From positions 9,066 to 73,065 of the forward strand of contig PDSJ01000029.1 in the NCBI GenBank assembly GCA_002748425.1: 64,000 nucleotides of DNA, read 5' to 3'. A model generated the notes under the pieces. That model was given only the letters and a program-made list of their open reading frames with translations. It made no database searches and had not been told where the DNA came from. Origin of the DNA: a candidate division KSB3 bacterium (lineage in GTDB: Bacteria; Moduliflexota; Moduliflexia; Moduliflexales; Moduliflexaceae). The translations under genes and the position numbers were made by a program. Positions within the stretch are counted from its first letter, which is position 1; every line of letters starts with the position of its first letter. Positions 30,070 to 38,937 of the stretch are shown here, piece after piece.

Positions 30070-30246
30070 CTAAATAATTTAATACACAAAGGCTGAAATT
30101 TTTCCGCACTTACGTATCCAGAGAGTATCATGCAGCGAAAGCTCATTGAGACCAGAGGTTACAAGCGGCAAGCACCATCGGAGATGATTGTCTGTACGCG
30201 TATATGACAAATTCTGAAAACTCTGGCACAGACAGATGGAGGAGAT

Positions 30247-30546
30247 ATGATTTCATTAACAGAAAGAGCACGCAACAAACTGAAAGAAATAGCCAATTCC
30301 GAAGACCACAGTCCAATGTGGGACATTGTGTTTATGGGCTTTGGCTGAGGCGGTCCGCGTATGCGACTGGTTCAGTCTCGCTCAAAAGATATCGAACACA
30401 CGGTTGAAGTAGAAGGCTACCGATTCAGAATTGAAAAAAATTTGCGTAAACTGCTGCCTCATTACGGCAGCCTGATCGTCGATTTCAGAGAATCGTTCTT
30501 TGGTGAAAATTTCACCATACGATTTGGCCGTCAGGAGTTCTGCTAA
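30247..30546 (+). CDS. HesB/IscA-like small protein with an in-frame UGA (candidate selenocysteine at codon 34), 99 aa
   Basis: ATG 30247 follows GGAGGAG. Translation: MISLTERARNKLKEIANSEDHSPMWDIVFMGFG-U-GGPRMRLVQSRSKDIEHTVEVEGYRFRIEKNLRKLLPHYGSLIVDFRESFFGENFTIRFGRQEFC. The TGA is at 30346-30348. The ORF track reports only the distal 61 aa (30361-30546). Confidence 0.7.
30363..30381 (+). promoter_or_regulatory. Candidate bacterial SECIS hairpin
   Basis: GCGACUG-GUU-CAGUC(U)CGC begins 14 nt 3' of the UGA. It has a G/U-rich apical loop and a bulged lower stem. Confidence 0.45.
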
Positions 30547-30653
30547 CGCGTTCAGGTCTGCAAAAAGATTATTCGCCCCGGGCAAGACATGACGTGTTGT
30601 CCGGGACAGCAGGATAAAATTTTTGCGTCCCTGAATTCCTTACAATGTAAACA

Positions 30654-31226
30654 ATGCCAAAATTTTTATTCAGCATCATCACGATATGTGTCTTCCTTTC
30701 GGGCCAAATGTTTGCCGCTGAAAAGGACGCTTCGTCCGCTCCGGGTCCCCGCTGGTGTATCGCGACCCCGACGTTACGAATCAGGGCTTTGCCCTCGACT
30801 GACGGCGAAATTATCGATAAGATTCCTTACGGCGTTCAGGTCCATGTGCTTGGTGAGAGAAGCGAAGAGCAAACGATTGGCAGGAAAACAGGACGCTGGG
30901 TCGAGGTCCAGTTTCACGGTAAACACGGCTATGCCTTTGATGCATTTCTCAGCGAAAAAGAGCCTACCGTCACGATTAAAGGTATCGAAAAGAAAACTGC
31001 CGCACTTGTAAACAGCGTCAAACAGCAAGAGGACCATTGCAGCATTGAATTTGTCGATGCCGCAGGTACAACGTTTGTCGAAACAGCTCGTTCTGCTGAC
31101 GTTTGTCGCAGAGCCCTGCTCGGCAAACGGGTCAAGCTCCTGTACACACTGAATAAAGCGTGTACGCACAGTGATTCCTGCCCGAAAATTATACTCGATG
31201 ACCTGCAAGTTCTTCCGTTTCGCTAG
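30654..31226 (+). CDS. Secreted bacterial SH3 (SH3_3) domain protein
   Basis: Signal peptide MPKFLFSIITICVFLSGQMFAAE. SH3b-like segment LRIRALPSTDGEIIDKIPYGVQVHVLGE ... GRWVEVQFHGKHGYAFDAFL. Confidence 0.65.
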   Translation: MPKFLFSIITICVFLSGQMFAAEKDASSAPGPRWCIATPTLRIRALPSTDGEIIDKIPYGVQVHVLGERSEEQTIGRKTGRWVEVQFHGKHGYAFDAFLSEKEPTVTIKGIEKKTAALVNSVKQQEDHCSIEFVDAAGTTFVETARSADVCRRALLGKRVKLLYTLNKACTHSDSCPKIILDDLQVLPFR

Positions 31227-31337
31227 CATTCTCACGACAATGCAGGATCAATTCGATTTTGGCCCGGTCTTGTGATAACACCGATCTGCACAAGACCGAC
31301 CGATAGGGACACGAGGACAATAACGTAAAATTGCCAA

Positions 31338-31805
31338 ATGACTCCAGCCATTCAGACTGTAAAGCGTGCACGCATATTCTTTCAACTTCATGAGTATGCG
31401 CATAGCCCTTCAGCCACTTCATACGGAAAAGAAGCAGCGCTCAAATTAGACGTTGCTCCTGAAAGAATCTTCAAGACCCTAGTCCTTACTTTGGATGCGA
31501 AGAGTCTTGCCGTTGCCGTAATTCCAGTAGCAATGCAGCTCAATCTCAAACGCTTTGCCAGGTGCCTGGGGGCGAAAAAAGCCGTAATGGCCGAGAAAAA
31601 AGCCGTGGAAAACAGCACGGGTTATGTGCTGGGCGGTGTAAGTCCTCTTGGGCAAAAGAAACCCCTGCCTGTGCTTATCGATGTCTCTGCAAAGAACTTT
31701 GAAACCATTTATGTCAGTGCTGGTCGAAGAGGTCTGCAGATAGAATTGTCGCCGGAGAGCCTGAGCACCTTAACCAAGGCATCTTTCGCGATCATCGGAA
31801 AGTAG
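31338..31805 (+). CDS. ybaK: Cys-tRNA(Pro)/Cys-tRNA(Cys) deacylase YbaK
   Basis: Matches include IFKTLVL ... GYVLGGVSPLGQKK ... ISAGRRGLQIEL-like motifs. The length of 155 aa is typical of YbaK/EbsC. Confidence 0.85.
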   Translation: MTPAIQTVKRARIFFQLHEYAHSPSATSYGKEAALKLDVAPERIFKTLVLTLDAKSLAVAVIPVAMQLNLKRFARCLGAKKAVMAEKKAVENSTGYVLGGVSPLGQKKPLPVLIDVSAKNFETIYVSAGRRGLQIELSPESLSTLTKASFAIIGK

Positions 31806-31894
31806 AAAGAGCGAAAATACGCCAAGCGGGCCGCAGCATTTCTCAATTTCATCCATCTCCAGTCCCTGCCAGGAGGACTCTTGCTTTTCAGAAG

Positions 31895-33184
31895 TTATGG
31901 CGTGTACAGACCGGCTTTTATCGGAAGATAGAGCGACAGGCTTGGCAGAAGCGATACAATGATCAGCACAACAATATCAGCCAGCACAAATAGAACAGCT
32001 TCTCTGGCAACAGAGTCAAGGTCTCCTTTGATGAGGTTGGTTGCCGTAAAGAGATTGACGCCTACCGGCGGTGTTGCCTGGCCGATCGCCAAAGCTGTGA
32101 TAAAGATCACACCATACCACAGCGGATCGATCTGAAAGACGGCCAGTACCGGAATCAGGATCGGCATAATCAAAAAGGAAATCGAAATCGCATCCAGAAT
32201 CATGCCCAGCGCCAGCAGCAGGAAATTCACGAGAATAATCATCACGATCGCGTTCGGCGAAATACTGACAATTGCGTTCGCAAGGGTATCCACCACGCCG
32301 ATCACTGATGCCGCCCAGGAGAAAATGCCGGCAAAGACCACGATGAACATGATCACTGCACTTGTCACGCTCGCGTCAATCAGGATTTGGACCAGATCGT
32401 ACCAACGGATCGAATGGTAAATCACGACTGCCACGAAAAGGCTGTAAAATACAGCGACAACAGCCGCCTCGGTCGGTGTGAACACACCGGCGTAAATTCC
32501 CCCCAAAATAATAAGCGGCGCGAGGATTGCCCAGAGAGAATCTCTCAAGGCCCTCAACATCTCTTTCACGCTGCCACGACGCTCCAGGCCGCGATAGCCG
32601 CGCTTTCGAGAGACGAGATAGGCCACAATTGCGGTCGCAATTCCAGTCAGAATGCCGGGTATAATACCCGCGACAAACAGCGCACTGACGGACACGCTGG
32701 TAATATTGCCGTAAATGATAAACGCAATACTGGGCGGAATGATAATCGAGAGATCCGCTGATGTCGCAATCGTCGCAGCAGCGAAATGCTTATCATAGCC
32801 ATGCTTGACCATTGGAGCGATCAGGATCAACCCCACTGCTGCTGTTGTCGCCGGCCCGGACCCGGAAATCGCCCCCCAAAACATGGCGGTCAGGACCGCA
32901 ACAACTGCCAGGCCGCCGGTTGAACGCCCGACCACTAATTCAAAAAATCTTGCAATCTTGGCTGCCAGCCCCGCTTTTTGTAAAATCGTTCCCGCCAGTA
33001 CGAAAAATGGGATCGCCAGCAACGGAAAAGATGCGATTCCTGACACGAAATTCCTGCCGAGCATTCCGATTCCCAAATTAAAATAGAGGATGGTCGTGAC
33101 CGCTGCCACCCCAAGCGATGTGGCAATTGGGATCCCCAAGAACATCAAAAGCACAAAGAGTAGAATAATCAGTATTGCTTCCAT
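31895..33184 (-). CDS. dctM: TRAP transporter large permease (DctM family)
   Basis: 429 aa, about 12 TM helices, with the typical MEAILIILLFVLLMFLGIPIA N-terminus. Confidence 0.9.
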   Translation of the reverse strand: MEAILIILLFVLLMFLGIPIATSLGVAAVTTILYFNLGIGMLGRNFVSGIASFPLLAIPFFVLAGTILQKAGLAAKIARFFELVVGRSTGGLAVVAVLTAMFWGAISGSGPATTAAVGLILIAPMVKHGYDKHFAAATIATSADLSIIIPPSIAFIIYGNITSVSVSALFVAGIIPGILTGIATAIVAYLVSRKRGYRGLERRGSVKEMLRALRDSLWAILAPLIILGGIYAGVFTPTEAAVVAVFYSLFVAVVIYHSIRWYDLVQILIDASVTSAVIMFIVVFAGIFSWAASVIGVVDTLANAIVSISPNAIVMIILVNFLLLALGMILDAISISFLIMPILIPVLAVFQIDPLWYGVIFITALAIGQATPPVGVNLFTATNLIKGDLDSVAREAVLFVLADIVVLIIVSLLPSLSLYLPIKAGLYTP

Positions 33185-33294
33185 AAGAAAGATTCCTTTG
33201 AGCGCTGGCTGCGGGGGCCTGCTGAGACAAGGTCAGTCTGGGATTACATGAGGCTGCACATAGATTTCCTCTGAAGGTCTCCTCATGAGAGCCG

Positions 33295-33789
33295 TCAGGT
33301 TCTATACTGTTCTTGAAGCGCGTTTAACTGAGCTCGGGCTCCGCGATAAATACCGATAAAGACGAAGACTGACAGGACAGGGACCCCGATATAGTAGATT
33401 GTAACCGGAATTCCCAGTGCGGCGGAAGTCGAATGGAACAGAGTGAGTTCGCTGTGAATTGTCTGGATCATAATCAAATCTACCAGCACAAACAGCACTG
33501 TTCCCAATATCGTACTGAGCAGAATCACGAAATTCTTCAATGCCTTTGGGAACAGTTTATACAAGGTCACCATTCCGAGCTGACTGCCGCGTTCAAAGGC
33601 GATCCCGATGCCAATCAGCGTCATCCAGACAAAAAAATTGATCGTGAGTTCTTCGGTCGCAGCAAAGGAGAAATGAAAAAAATACCGGCTCAACACATTC
33701 AGGAACGCGATCAGCGCCATGACGAAAAGCAGAATCGCCACGATCCATTCATCAATACGAAATCTTTTTTTTGCAGGGCTCTTATCCAT
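33295..33789 (-). CDS. dctQ: TRAP transporter small permease (DctQ family)
   Basis: 164 aa, 4 TM helices, located immediately between dctP and dctM. Confidence 0.8.
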   Translation of the reverse strand: MDKSPAKKRFRIDEWIVAILLFVMALIAFLNVLSRYFFHFSFAATEELTINFFVWMTLIGIGIAFERGSQLGMVTLYKLFPKALKNFVILLSTILGTVLFVLVDLIMIQTIHSELTLFHSTSAALGIPVTIYYIGVPVLSVFVFIGIYRGARAQLNALQEQYRT

Positions 33790-33893
33790 AATTCAATCAG
33801 GAGATCGAAGTCTTTCCGACAGGACAACAATCTCCCGGAACGTTCACCCTCCCCTGCAACGTATGGGGACGTGCAGGGGGGGGGCGATCACAA

Positions 33894-34970
33894 TTATTGT
33901 TCCATATCTGCCAATGCTTTCTGGTAAAGCTCTTCGCCGATTTTGGGAACCCATTTATCATAAATCGGCTTTGTAAGCTCCTGAAAGGCCTTAAGCTCTT
34001 TTTCTGAAAGAAAAGAGACTTCCATTCCCTTGCTTTCCAGAAATTCTACCGGATTCGGGACAGCAATTTCGTAATCAAACTCATCTTTCAGGATGCGTAA
34101 TGACGTCTCACCATCCAAACCGGCACGGCACAGCGCCTTTTCAAAGCGTGCAGCGAGTTCCGCCGATTCTTGAATCGCTGCCTTAATCTCATCGGGAAAA
34201 GCATCCCACTCTTTTTTATTCCAGTAAATAATGAGGGGATCGACCAGGTAATTCCAAAACGTCGCATACTGATTATATTGATAAATCTGTACCGGAATTA
34301 AGACCCCAACCGGATTTTCCTGACCGTCAACCGTCCCCTGCTGAAAAGCAGTTATCGCATCACCCCAGTTCATATTAATCGGGTCGGCACCGAGCAATCT
34401 GAAGGTTTCGATGAAAATCGGGCTCCCTACCACGCGAACCCGAAGCCCCTTCAGATCTTCAGGGTTATGGATTGCGGTCTTACTATTGGTGATCTGGCGA
34501 AAACCATTTTCAGCCCATGCCAGTCCTACAGCACCTTTTTCCTCCATTGCCTTAAAAATTGCCTTCCCAGTTTCACCATATTCCAGTTTATCAAGATTAT
34601 CAAAACTGTTGATAAAAAACGGCAGGGAGAAAATATTATTTTCAACAATCACAGGTGATGAATTAATCGTCGACTCAAACGCGACATCAATAATCCCCTG
34701 CGAGACCATCTGAAAAGAATTCAACTGCGCACCTTTCAGCAACGCACTGCCAAAATACGGCTTAATATTGATCTGGCCGTCGGTTTTTTCCGCCACCAGA
34801 TCAGCGAATTTCTGCGCACCGATTCCCCAGTAAAAGGTTGGACCAACATTGACCTGCATTTTATACTCTTTTTTCAGCTTGGCCGCTTCAGCGTCCAGGC
34901 CCACACCCAGCACAAAAGACATGAACAAGAGCGTCAGGCCAGACAATCCCATGATTTTCCCAATTTTCAT
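33894..34970 (-). CDS. dctP: TRAP transporter substrate-binding protein (DctP family)
   Basis: Start moved to MKIGKIMGLSGLTLLFMSFVLGVGLDAEA, a signal peptide whose ATG at 34970 follows AGAGGGA. DctP-like body. The track ORF starts at 35108. Confidence 0.85.
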   Translation of the reverse strand: MKIGKIMGLSGLTLLFMSFVLGVGLDAEAAKLKKEYKMQVNVGPTFYWGIGAQKFADLVAEKTDGQINIKPYFGSALLKGAQLNSFQMVSQGIIDVAFESTINSSPVIVENNIFSLPFFINSFDNLDKLEYGETGKAIFKAMEEKGAVGLAWAENGFRQITNSKTAIHNPEDLKGLRVRVVGSPIFIETFRLLGADPINMNWGDAITAFQQGTVDGQENPVGVLIPVQIYQYNQYATFWNYLVDPLIIYWNKKEWDAFPDEIKAAIQESAELAARFEKALCRAGLDGETSLRILKDEFDYEIAVPNPVEFLESKGMEVSFLSEKELKAFQELTKPIYDKWVPKIGEELYQKALADMEQ

Positions 34971-35195
34971 AACGAATCCCTCTGTTGTTGAAATAGTAAC
35001 TATTGTGTGACTAACAGGCTCAAAACACGCATAAAAATTGAAACGGCCAGAAGCTCTGTCAAGTTTTTTTCCCAGAAGAAGATTAAAAAACTTGAGGGGG
35101 AACTGCATGCGTTATTTCAGGCGGGAATTTTCCTGCAAGAGGCTTTGCCCCAGGCAAAAAATGGATCACGCATCTTCACACGGGAAGACGTGAAA

Positions 35196-35882
35196 CTATT
35201 CCTCAAGCACGTCTTTCAGCTTTGCCAGAAACCCGGCAGCCATTGCCATATCAATCACACGAGGATCGCAACTTAATTTGACTTTAAAAACAGGCAGGTT
35301 GATAATCCGATTGCCGGTCATCACCAATCGATAGTCGATCGTGCCGACTGCGAGGGACGCAGTTTGCGGGGCGTAGATCGGTGCGCGAAAATCACAGATT
35401 CCGAACATACCTAAATTGTGCAGGCTAAACGTAGATTCATGCATATCTTCAGAAGACAGGCTCCCCCTCGACGCTTGCTCGGAAAGTGCCTTTAATGATG
35501 TTTCAAGGTCGGCGATCGGACGGTTGTTGACATCCTCTAAGACAGGAAAGACCAGTCCGGCAGCAGAATCGACTGCGATCGCAATATTCACGGAGGAATG
35601 CAGTTTGAGGCTGTCTTCAGAAACAAACGTGGCGTTGAGTAATGGAAAAGCACGCAGCGCCTTTGCGGCTCCCTGTGCAAGAAAGACCGTCAGAGAAGGC
35701 CGTTTTTCCTCCTGCCAGGCATTAATTTCCGCCAGCATCGTCGACGCGTTCACTTCAATCGACAGATCAAAAGGAAGGGGAACTTGTGCATATTGGACGC
35801 TTTGGCGACCCGGCCGATCCTGAAGATGACTCAACGTGATTATGTCGCCGGCATGAACGCGGGCCTCATTTAATTCAACCAT
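35196..35882 (-). CDS. Stand-alone 2-oxoacid dehydrogenase E2 catalytic-domain (CAT-like) paralog with substituted active-site residues
   Basis: Aligns along its length to the E2 catalytic domain (FLAQGAAKALRAFPLLNA ... NIAIAVDSAAGLVFPV ... TFSLHNLGMFG ... LSCDPRVIDMAMAAGFLAKLKDVLE) but has no lipoyl or PSBD domains. It reads DPRVIDM where E2 enzymes have DHRxxDG. Confidence 0.7.
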   Translation of the reverse strand: MVELNEARVHAGDIITLSHLQDRPGRQSVQYAQVPLPFDLSIEVNASTMLAEINAWQEEKRPSLTVFLAQGAAKALRAFPLLNATFVSEDSLKLHSSVNIAIAVDSAAGLVFPVLEDVNNRPIADLETSLKALSEQASRGSLSSEDMHESTFSLHNLGMFGICDFRAPIYAPQTASLAVGTIDYRLVMTGNRIINLPVFKVKLSCDPRVIDMAMAAGFLAKLKDVLEE

Positions 35883-35977
35883 AGCTGTAACCTCCTCACT
35901 GATAAATCTATAGTTAGAGACATAGACAGGCTACTAACGCAGAATGCGATGTCAAGCAATTAACACTTTTGCCGTTT

Positions 35978-36643
35978 TTACGAAAAATCGATGCGGACTT
36001 TTGCAGGCAAGCGCGCACTGACAACACACAATAACAGTCCTTGACGCAGACGAATAACGGCTCGTTCGTTCAGCATCACATTACTCATACCTCGACTGCT
36101 TCCCATAGGAAGCGTTTCGTCGCGTAAAGGCCATTTCAAGCCCTCGCTCGAGACCCCCTGTGCATCGCCGGCCAGTGGGAGAATCGACACGAGGTCTCCG
36201 GTTTTGCTGAGGATTGTCACTCGATTCCGAAGCAGAAAAGCGTGCTGATTTCCATCGAGAATACTCACCGGCGTCTCCTTCAAGATCGGCAAGGTCAGCA
36301 GCATGATGTTAGCAAGACTTTGATCCAAACGCCCTCCCAGGGCGGCAATCAGAAGAATGCTCTCCACCCCTTTCTCCAGCGCATGCTCAATGGCCAGCTC
36401 AAGATCGGTTTTATCTTTATCACCTGGAAAACGTAAGAACTGTGTCGAAGCACGTTTAAGCCGCCGTTCAAGCTCCAGGGATAACGAATCGAGATCCCCA
36501 ATGACGATATGCGGATTCAACCCCAGAACAACGGCATGACGAGCCCCGCCGTCGGCAGCAATCAGGTAATCACAGGGCGAGACATGTTGACGGGCAGTTT
36601 CAGGAGAGTGAAAGCGCCCGTTCACAAAAATAACGGCTTTCAT
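35978..36643 (-). CDS. thiN: Thiamine diphosphokinase (thiamine pyrophosphokinase)
   Basis: LIAADGGA ... VIGDLDS ... KDKTDLELA ... GGRLDQSLANI. Confidence 0.8.
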   Translation of the reverse strand: MKAVIFVNGRFHSPETARQHVSPCDYLIAADGGARHAVVLGLNPHIVIGDLDSLSLELERRLKRASTQFLRFPGDKDKTDLELAIEHALEKGVESILLIAALGGRLDQSLANIMLLTLPILKETPVSILDGNQHAFLLRNRVTILSKTGDLVSILPLAGDAQGVSSEGLKWPLRDETLPMGSSRGMSNVMLNERAVIRLRQGLLLCVVSARLPAKVRIDFS

Positions 36644-36652
36644 AAAAAATGT

Positions 36653-37729
36653 TTATTTGTCAAGATTCTCGCCGCTATCTCCATCCGGCCTTTCAACAAC
36701 ATCACTGGGAAGGGCCTGACAGCTCTCATGAATCCCTGAAATATCGATAATGCGGTCGCGCAGAGTGCCGAGAATGTCCGGATGTTCCTTCAAATACATT
36801 TTGGCGTTTTCACGCCCCTGCCCAATGCGCTCATCACCATATGAATACCAGGCTCCGCTTTTCCGGATCAGCTCTTGTTCCACTGCTAAATCGAGAATAT
36901 CACCTTCGGTAGAGATCCCCTCACCATACACGATGTCAAATTCGGTTTCTTTAAAAGGCGGTGCGACTTTATTTTTGACGACTTTGACCCGTGTGCGATT
37001 TCCGATCACATCCTGCCCGTGTTTGATCGATGAGATACGTCGAATGTCAAGGCGCATTGAGGAATAGAATTTCAAGGCTCGTCCACCGGTTGTGGTTTCC
37101 GGGTTCCCAAACATCACGCCGATTTTTTCACGAAGCTGATTGATAAAAATCATCGTGGTTCGAGTTTTCCCAACCACTCCGGCCAGCTTACGCATGGCTT
37201 GCGACATCAGGCGCGCTTGCTGCCCCATTGACGCGTCCCCCATGTCTCCTTCAATTTCGTTTTTAGGGACCAACGCTGCCACCGAGTCCACGACAATGAC
37301 GTCGACGGCTCCGCTTCGCACAAGCGTTTCAGCAATTTCCAGCGCTTGTTCTCCGGTGTCCGGTTGCGAAATCAGCAATTCATCTGTATTCACGCCAAGC
37401 CTGCGGGCATATTTAGCATCCAGAGCGTGTTCGGCGTCGATATACGCCACAATGCCTTCTTGTTTTTGAGCTTCAGCGGAAACATGCAGAGCCAATGTCG
37501 TTTTTCCAGAGGATTCTGTGCCGAAAATTTCCACAATGCGTCCGCGCGGCATTCCTCCAACACCGGTGGCCAGATCAAGCGAAAGGCAGCCGGTCGAAAT
37601 CGCCGGAACATCAATGATCACCCCTTCTGCACCCAATTTCATAATCGCACCTTTCCCAAACTGCTTGGTAATCTGCGAAATGGCAAGATCCAGGGTCTTT
37701 TTACGTTTTTCAAAATCATTATCAGCCAT
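36653..37729 (-). CDS. recA: Recombinase RecA
   Basis: [12 protein letters not shown], Walker [32 protein letters not shown] and [22 protein letters not shown]. Confidence 0.97.
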   Translation of the reverse strand: MADNDFEKRKKTLDLAISQITKQFGKGAIMKLGAEGVIIDVPAISTGCLSLDLATGVGGMPRGRIVEIFGTESSGKTTLALHVSAEAQKQEGIVAYIDAEHALDAKYARRLGVNTDELLISQPDTGEQALEIAETLVRSGAVDVIVVDSVAALVPKNEIEGDMGDASMGQQARLMSQAMRKLAGVVGKTRTTMIFINQLREKIGVMFGNPETTTGGRALKFYSSMRLDIRRISSIKHGQDVIGNRTRVKVVKNKVAPPFKETEFDIVYGEGISTEGDILDLAVEQELIRKSGAWYSYGDERIGQGRENAKMYLKEHPDILGTLRDRIIDISGIHESCQALPSDVVERPDGDSGENLDK

Positions 37730-37914
37730 ACTTTCCTAGACGATGTTACACCCGGCAGTACGCACATGAGATCCGAAGACTCGAATCCCCTCCGAGAGTA
37801 AAATCTAAGCAGGGGGTATAACATTTTAAACACTTTATTATATATAGTTAAATACACATAAAGCGAAAATCAAAAAATGTTACACCAACAAGAACATTTT
37901 AGTTTTCTGTAAAC

Positions 37915-38928
37915 CTAGAGAAGATCTGGCGGTTCTTCATCAACTCCAGGCAGTGCGCGAAACGCAAACCATAAGATCGAGCTGGCAATAATCACGATGG
38001 GCAGCATTCCCAGCATGTCTTCCACACTCAGCAAGGCTTCACACTGCAGACGATCGAGCTGTTCGATGCCCTGAATGCGCGATGAACAGCGAGACAATAA
38101 AAGCGTGATAGCATTATTGATCCCATGTGAGAGTATGGCTGGAAAAATACTGCCTGTTTTTACAACGAGACAAGCGAATAGCATTCCTAATAAACTTACC
38201 GGGAGGAAGCGATAAAAGTCAAGGTGAAAGAGGCCGAAAAGAATCCCGACCGCTATCACCGCCGGCGCATCCGGAATTTTCTTGCGCAGGCCCTGCAGTA
38301 AAAATCCCCGAAAAAACAACTCTTCACAGACCGCAGGCAACACGGCAATCACACATAGCGCTGTCAGGAATGGTGCTTGCTCCAATTTCTGCATCAGTTC
38401 TGCCCAGAGGGCAAGATATTCAGGGGAACGATGTAAGAGTAATTCTTGCAGCGCAGCCACAACCATGACCGGCACAAACGCTGAGCAGGCGATCATGACT
38501 GTCAACAGGGCGGTTTTTATATGAATCGAGCGCAGAAAAAAGCTGCGCGGCAAATCGTAGTGACAAAGGATGGTGTAAAGCAGGGCCGGGCCTGCAATAA
38601 CAGCGATCTGGCTGACAGCCAGCCCCCAGAACAGATGAAGATATTGCAACGCCGCGCCCAATGTAACAAGAAGAACGCCAGAGAGAAGATAGATCGCAAG
38701 GCATTCTCCCAGCGACGGCGTATTGCCGGAAGAGAGAAGAGCAGGCTGCTTCAGCTCAGCCCGTAACGGCAGAGGAATGCCTTGCTCAGCTTCAGCGGGC
38801 TGGAGATCGTGCGTTGACTGGTGACACATGCGTCTCTCTGCTCCGGGACAGACAACAGCAGAAATCCGCTCGACCCCTCCGGACGGAAGTTCGCTCGACT
38901 TTCTGCTGTTTCGGGTGTGAGCCTGCAC
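37915..38928 (-). CDS. CPBP-family intramembrane glutamic endopeptidase (CAAX protease/Abi family)
   Basis: Motifs EELFFRGFLLQGL, FGLFH and LSHGINN in a multi-TM protein. It starts 9 nt after the EF-G stop. The N-terminal 70 aa are non-conserved, so the start is uncertain. Confidence 0.75.
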   Translation of the reverse strand: MQAHTRNSRKSSELPSGGVERISAVVCPGAERRMCHQSTHDLQPAEAEQGIPLPLRAELKQPALLSSGNTPSLGECLAIYLLSGVLLVTLGAALQYLHLFWGLAVSQIAVIAGPALLYTILCHYDLPRSFFLRSIHIKTALLTVMIACSAFVPVMVVAALQELLLHRSPEYLALWAELMQKLEQAPFLTALCVIAVLPAVCEELFFRGFLLQGLRKKIPDAPAVIAVGILFGLFHLDFYRFLPVSLLGMLFACLVVKTGSIFPAILSHGINNAITLLLSRCSSRIQGIEQLDRLQCEALLSVEDMLGMLPIVIIASSILWFAFRALPGVDEEPPDLL

Positions 38929-38937
38929 CAGAAGGAT

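Noticed and set aside
30130-30207. 25-codon ORF (MQRKLIETRGYKRQAPSEMIVCTRI) in the leader of the HesB-like gene; also the track ORF 30204-30407
   Set aside because: The short ORF has no ribosome-binding site and no recognisable features. The 30204-30407 ORF is out of frame with the well-supported HesB-like reading frame and crosses its start. Neither can be supported as coding.
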